Source of the DNA: Macrostomum lignano
Lineage: Eukaryota
Length of the DNA: 64,000 nt
Assembly (NCBI GenBank): GCA_002269645.1
Contig: NIVC01000841.1
Span: forward strand, 248,001-312,000
Direction: 5' to 3'
Shown: one piece after another, positions 58,907 through 64,000 of the stretch
Layout of the letters: each line of letters opens with the position of its first letter
How positions within the stretch are numbered: position 1 is the stretch's first letter
The notes under the pieces: model-generated
Told to the model about the DNA's origin: nothing
Databases searched by the model: none
Seen by the model: only the letters and a program-made list of their open reading frames with translations
Made by a program: the position numbers and the translations under genes

Positions 58907-61900
58907 GTGACGCGGAGTGCGGAGGTTTCGTGGACACCTCCCCGAATCAAAAAATCCATGCGCGTGAGGCCGATCCGTACGTCACAGGTCGAGTTGCGAG
59001 TCGAGAGGTCCCTTTCTTGCTAGACAGCGGCAGCCGGAAAAACTTTCTTGGTTCGTCAACCTGGGCCGCTATTAGACGTCGGATGCCTCGTTGTATTATA
59101 TTGCATGCTAATCCCGATTGCGTAACTATGTATGATGGGACGCAGCTCCCACTTGCTTGTAAGGTGACCATCCCGTGGAGTTTGGTGATGTCGTCGCGGA
59201 CACCGAATTCCTCGTCACGGTCTCCGATTGTGAAAATTTGCTTGGCGTATCGTTTATGCGAGAGCACTGCCAGAACTTGGACTTCGCTCAAGGAATGCTA
59301 ACGTTCAACAATGGCACGTGTATCCCTGTTCGTTATTCGCGTCGTGAGCTTCAAACCTGCCGAGTGTACACCTCCGAGAAGTGCACCCTGCCGCCTAGAA
59401 GTTCAGCGCTGCTTCCCGTCAGATTGGATGACGGCCATTCCGAGAATCGAGGATCGCCATCAATTGTCGAGCTGGTTAAGTCGAGGCTGCATCCCAGCTG
59501 CAACGCTCTGGAAGCAGCGCCTGCTCTGATGACGATGCCTGAAGGTCGCGGCTACATTGAGGTCGTCAACACCGCCGACAGCGAGGTGTTCCTGCAAGCC
59601 GGTATCCGTGTTGGTGTTGCGACGCCACTCCGAACTGCCGACCTGATGTACTTGAGCGAGACGCCCGAACCTGAAGTGCGACACCTCCCGAAGAACTCTG
59701 AAGAGTCCAGCACAGCATGGCTAGATGAAGTCGAGATCAACAGCGAATTGTCCAAAGAACAACATCAGCGAGTGCGAGATCTACTAGTTGAATGTCAAGC
59801 GGCCTTCTCCAAGCACCTGCTAGACGCCGGCCTGACTCACCTGGTGACCCACGAGATCATCTTGAAGGACCGACACCAGTTGCGCTACCACCACGCCGAA
59901 TCCCGCCTCATCTGAAGGACAAGCTCGACGCCTGCTAGACGAGATGCTGGCGAAGCACATCATTCGCCCTGCCTACTCGAGCTACAATTCGCCAATGCTC
60001 ATCGTGCCCAAGAAGGACGGCAACATCCGACTAGTCCACGACTTCAGAGCTCTCAACGACAGGTGTGTGTATCACCCGTATCCGCTCCCGCACATCCAGG
60101 AAACCTTCGCGAAGCTTCGTGGTGCTCAGTGGTATTCTAGCTTGGACCTTGCTCAAGGATTCTGGCAATCCCGCTGCGCGACTGCGACCAGCACTTGACG
60201 GCATTCTCAGTGATCGACCGCGGCCAATTCTGTTTTAACGTTCTACCGATGGGTCTCCACGATAGTCCCGGCAGCTTTCAGCGTTGCATCAATAAGCTCC
60301 TGGACGGCCTGACGCCAAAGACTGCGCTTGGCTACATGGACGACATCGTGGTGCACTCAGTGACTTTCGAGGAACAGCTGGATAACTTGCGAACTGTACT
60401 CCAGCGCATCATCGCAGCCAAACTCAAAGTGAAACCGAAGAAGTGTCATTTGTTCCTCAAGGAGCTGCATTATTTAGGTCACGTCGTGACTCCCGACGGC
60501 CTGAAGACCTGTGAGGACAAGATTGCGCAGATCCGTGATTGGCCCGTGCCACAGTCCGTTACTCAACTGAGACAATTCCTAGGCCTCGCCAATTACTACC
60601 ACAAGTTTGTCGACGGCTACGCTGGAGTGGCTGCGCCGCTGCATGCCCTGACGCGAAAGGACATTGGCAGCCTGCGGCAGCATTGGACTCCCGAGCATCA
60701 GTTAGCGTTCGACACTTTGAAGAAGAAATTGTGTTCTACTGAAGTTCTCGCTCTGCCTGAATTTAATTCTGATCCTGCTGTGAAGTTTGTCCTCGACACG
60801 GATGCCTCTGATATTCGAATAGGCGCTTGCCTTGGACAACTGCAATCCGACGGCGTCGAACGTCCAATTGCATTCTTTAGCCGTAAACTTCGCGATCCTG
60901 AGAAGCGCTACACGGTCACGAAAAAGAGCTGCTTGCAATTGTGGACGCTATGCGACATTTCCGTCATTATTTAATTGGCAAGAAGTTTGAAGTTCGATCC
61001 GATCATCGGGCCTTACTGTGGTTACTGAACCAGACTCAGGCCACAGGTATTTTAGGCCGCTGGATCGAACGCCTAAGCGAGTTCCGCTTCCAGCTCAACC
61101 ACCGCAAAGGCAAGGACCACGCCAACGCTGATGCCCTGTCAAGAAGACCGGAGGCGCCGCCGATCTCCTGCGAGCATGGCCGACTGCTAGAGCAACCTGG
61201 TTCTGCAGCCCGACCCGGTGACAACCACGACCTGGAACCGGATTCGGACCTGACACCCGAGGCCACTGCCAGAGCAGCCCTCCAGAAGACAGTCCAATCT
61301 CGCTGCTTGGAGGCCGAGACTGACCTGGACGAAGACCTGGAAGCCACCGCGCCAGCAGCCTTCCAACACGACGCCCACCGCTGCAGTCAACGCCTGGAGA
61401 CCGGCCTGGACGACAACTCAGAGGCCACTGCGACAACAGCCCTCTGCCGCGATGCCCATGCCGCCCGCTGCAATTTGGAGACCAACCTGGACGAAGACCT
61501 TGAGGCCACTGTGGACACAGACCTCCTTGACGACGCCCAAGACTACAGGTCTCGGACTCTGGAGACGCCCCCGGACCAAGATTCAAAGGCCACCGCACCA
61601 GCAGCCCTTCTGATGACGGCCCGCAACGCAACTCCAGGCAAGCAATTTAACTACAACCCTTCCGAGCCTTTCGCTGGGATTTCTCGCCGTGTTGACAGAG
61701 GCCAGAATCTCGCGCCAGCTGCAAGGTCGAAGCTCTGTCCCCCGGGCCGACAGACAGCTGCTCATCGCCTGTGCGGAAAGTCGAGTCCCCCTTTGCGACA
61801 CCGCCCAGTGCAGGAGAAGACTCACCCAATTTTGACGACGACTGAGCCGACGGCTACGGCTGCCTGCGACGAAGCGTGCTTCACGTGTTGCGTCCCGCCC

Positions 61901-64000
61901 TACAGCCAAGAGTCGCCTGTGCTATGCAGTGGAGGCATGCGCGCTGCTCCATCTGCGGATTTTTCTGTCTGAGAGCGATGAAGAGAACTTCGAATCGAGA
62001 TCAACGGACGTACGCCGACGTTGTGAGACAAAGTCCCTCGGAGCGACCTAATCCTGACGCCGACAAGACGGTGCCGTGTGATCGACCTGGAGCCATTAAA
62101 GCGGAGACTGCGGGAATCCGGACCCCTCAGCCATGCCGCGCTGTGCTCACTGATTTTCTGAAGCTGCCGATGACTCGCCAACAGTTCGTTGAAGCCCAGC
62201 GCGCTGATCGAGCCATCAGCTACGTGCTCAACTTGGTCGAGAACGAAGCCCGAAGCCTGAGTTCGACGCCCGGTTGCGACTGAAGAAGGAGCAGCGGAAC
62301 CTGCTCGGATACTACGAGAACCTGCAGGAGGACAACGGCCTGCTGCTGATTGACCTGTCCGATGGCCAGCAGCCGCCAAAGGTTGTTCTGCCTGAGGCCC
62401 TTGACGCCCAGGTGCTCCAGGAGCTCCACAGTTCGCCACTGTGTGGACACCTCGGCGAGACGAAGACGTTACTGCGGCTACGAGAACGGTTCTGGAGACC
62501 CGGATTAGCCCGTGCTACCAAGACCTTCATCAGTAAGTGCCGCACTTGCCTTGAAAGTAAATCGCGACGGCGAGAGAGAGTTCCGGTCCAGAGCTTCCCA
62601 GTTTGCGAAGTTCTGGGTAGAATCCACTGTGATGTAGTAGGACCAATCGCGCAGAAGAGCAAGAGCGGCAACCGCTACATCCTGACCTTGTGCGATGCGA
62701 CGTCGAAGTATCCATTCGCCTACCCGATGAGAAACCAGAAAGCCAAAACAGTCATCAAGCTTCTGCAGGAGCGCTTCATCCCCGAGTTCGGTGTACCATG
62801 CTGGATTCACACCGATCAAGGCACCAACTTCACCGGCTCCGCCTTCAAGAAGTTCTGCGACCTGTTTGGCATTCGGCATACGACAACAACACCGTACAAT
62901 CCAGCTTCCAACGGACAAGTCGAGAACCTCAACAAACAGCTGAAGAGTGTCCTCACCTGTCTGCTCGAGCGCAACCATAACGACTGGGACACCTTCCTCC
63001 CAGCTTGTCTGATGGCTCTCCGTTCCAGCGTGCACCCGGTGACAGGTTTCACGCCTCACTACCTGGTGTTCGGCCGTGACTTCCGACTTCCGATCGACAA
63101 CTCGCTAAAGAAGCTGCCCGAGTATGCCAACCTGCCCGACTATGTCAAGGACTTCCAACGTCGCCTGGACGAGGCGACTGAGCTAGCCAAGGAGCGCCTG
63201 CATCTGCATCAGCAACTGCGAGACGAGCACTACTCGAACCTGCCCGTCGCCAAGAAGCTCCAACCCGGCGATCTGGTCTTCCTCAACAACCCGGTACTCG
63301 AACCGGATGAGGCGGCGAAGTTTCATCGACCTCGCAAAGCCCTATACGAAGTCGTCGAGCCCAAGGGCGAGGTCGTCTACAAGATTCGACGGAGACTGCC
63401 CAACCCGAGAGCCAGACGAGACGAACTAATCGTCCATCGCCGGAACCTCCTACTCGTGCCTGACGCCGATTACACGAGGACTTCCGATCCTGAAGTCGAC
63501 AAACCGAAGAAGCGTCGGCGACCGCCCGACGTCCCCGACGGCGCAGGACCCGCGACCCTGACGCCGATTCCCGAGGACGACCAGGACGACCCCGACGACG
63601 ATGATGATAACGGCTACGACGCAAGGCCGGCCTTCCGATGGCACTTCCGGCCTTTGGCGATCCCGGAGGTGCAGCCAGGAGGTGGACCGGTCACGACACC
63701 AGCGAACCAGGCAAGTGCACTTCGGCGTGAGCCAGTGCCGTATGGTGAATGTCATTTGCATGAGCCTGTTCTTGATGCGTCTACGCCTGTTGTTTCTTTT
63801 CCGCCCGTTTCTGCTCCCGCCCCCAGTGCTGCTTTTTCTGTGGTCCAGACCCCTGGGCCGTCGCTATGCACCACTCCGGTGGAAGCGTCATTAGGAACTG
63901 TAGATGCCGGTAGGCCGGCTAGGAACCGTAGGCAGCCTGAGAGGCTGATTATTAATCCTAGGGCTAAAACTTACGTTAGCCGCACCGCCCGCATCCGCGC
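58760..64000 (+). pseudogene. Gypsy element 3 pol (PR, dUTPase-like fold, RT, RNase H, repeat linker, integrase), multiply frameshifted, runs off window
   Basis: LLDSGS, WYSSLDL, YMDDI, DTDAS, SDHRAL, HSSPLCGH, CDVVGP, TDQGTNF, NGQVENLN; frame breaks near 59175, 59890, 60190, 60930 and at the RNase H/integrase linker. Confidence 0.9.

Overview
This is eukaryotic (metazoan) genomic DNA. GC-rich compact genes, minisatellite-filled introns and many Ty3/Gypsy and DNA-transposon insertions suggest a flatworm such as Macrostomum; that is an inference and was not verified. (1) 1-16004 holds the 3' six exons of a TRPM-like channel gene. Nearly every intron carries its own tandem repeat, and the last intron contains two defective Gypsy elements arranged tail-to-tail. 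(2) 16337-18288 is a very young non-autonomous LTR element with apparently identical 320-bp LTRs, a tRNA-Lys PBS, a 5-bp TSD and an internal 103-bp tandem array, next to a small two-exon membrane-protein gene. (3) An ANKFN1/wide-awake-like gene and a divergent intronless TRPV-like gene follow. (4) 35.5-45.6 kb is a co-oriented minus-strand cluster: TMEM223-like, two overlapping multi-pass membrane ORFs, HAUS7-like, VCPKMT-like and BBLN-like. It looks operon-like, and the TMEM223-like ORF has no start codon of its own but begins in frame at a splice acceptor, a candidate for initiation from a spliced-leader AUG. (5) 45.8-54.5 kb holds hAT, Merlin, MITE and Helitron-like elements. (6) From 56.7 kb to the window end is a third Gypsy whose putative 5' LTR carries a dense, partly palindromic array of Forkhead/AP-1/MEF2/CRE/NF-kB-like motifs. 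Most ORFs in the supplied track are artefacts of repeats. All calls were made by eye without database searches.
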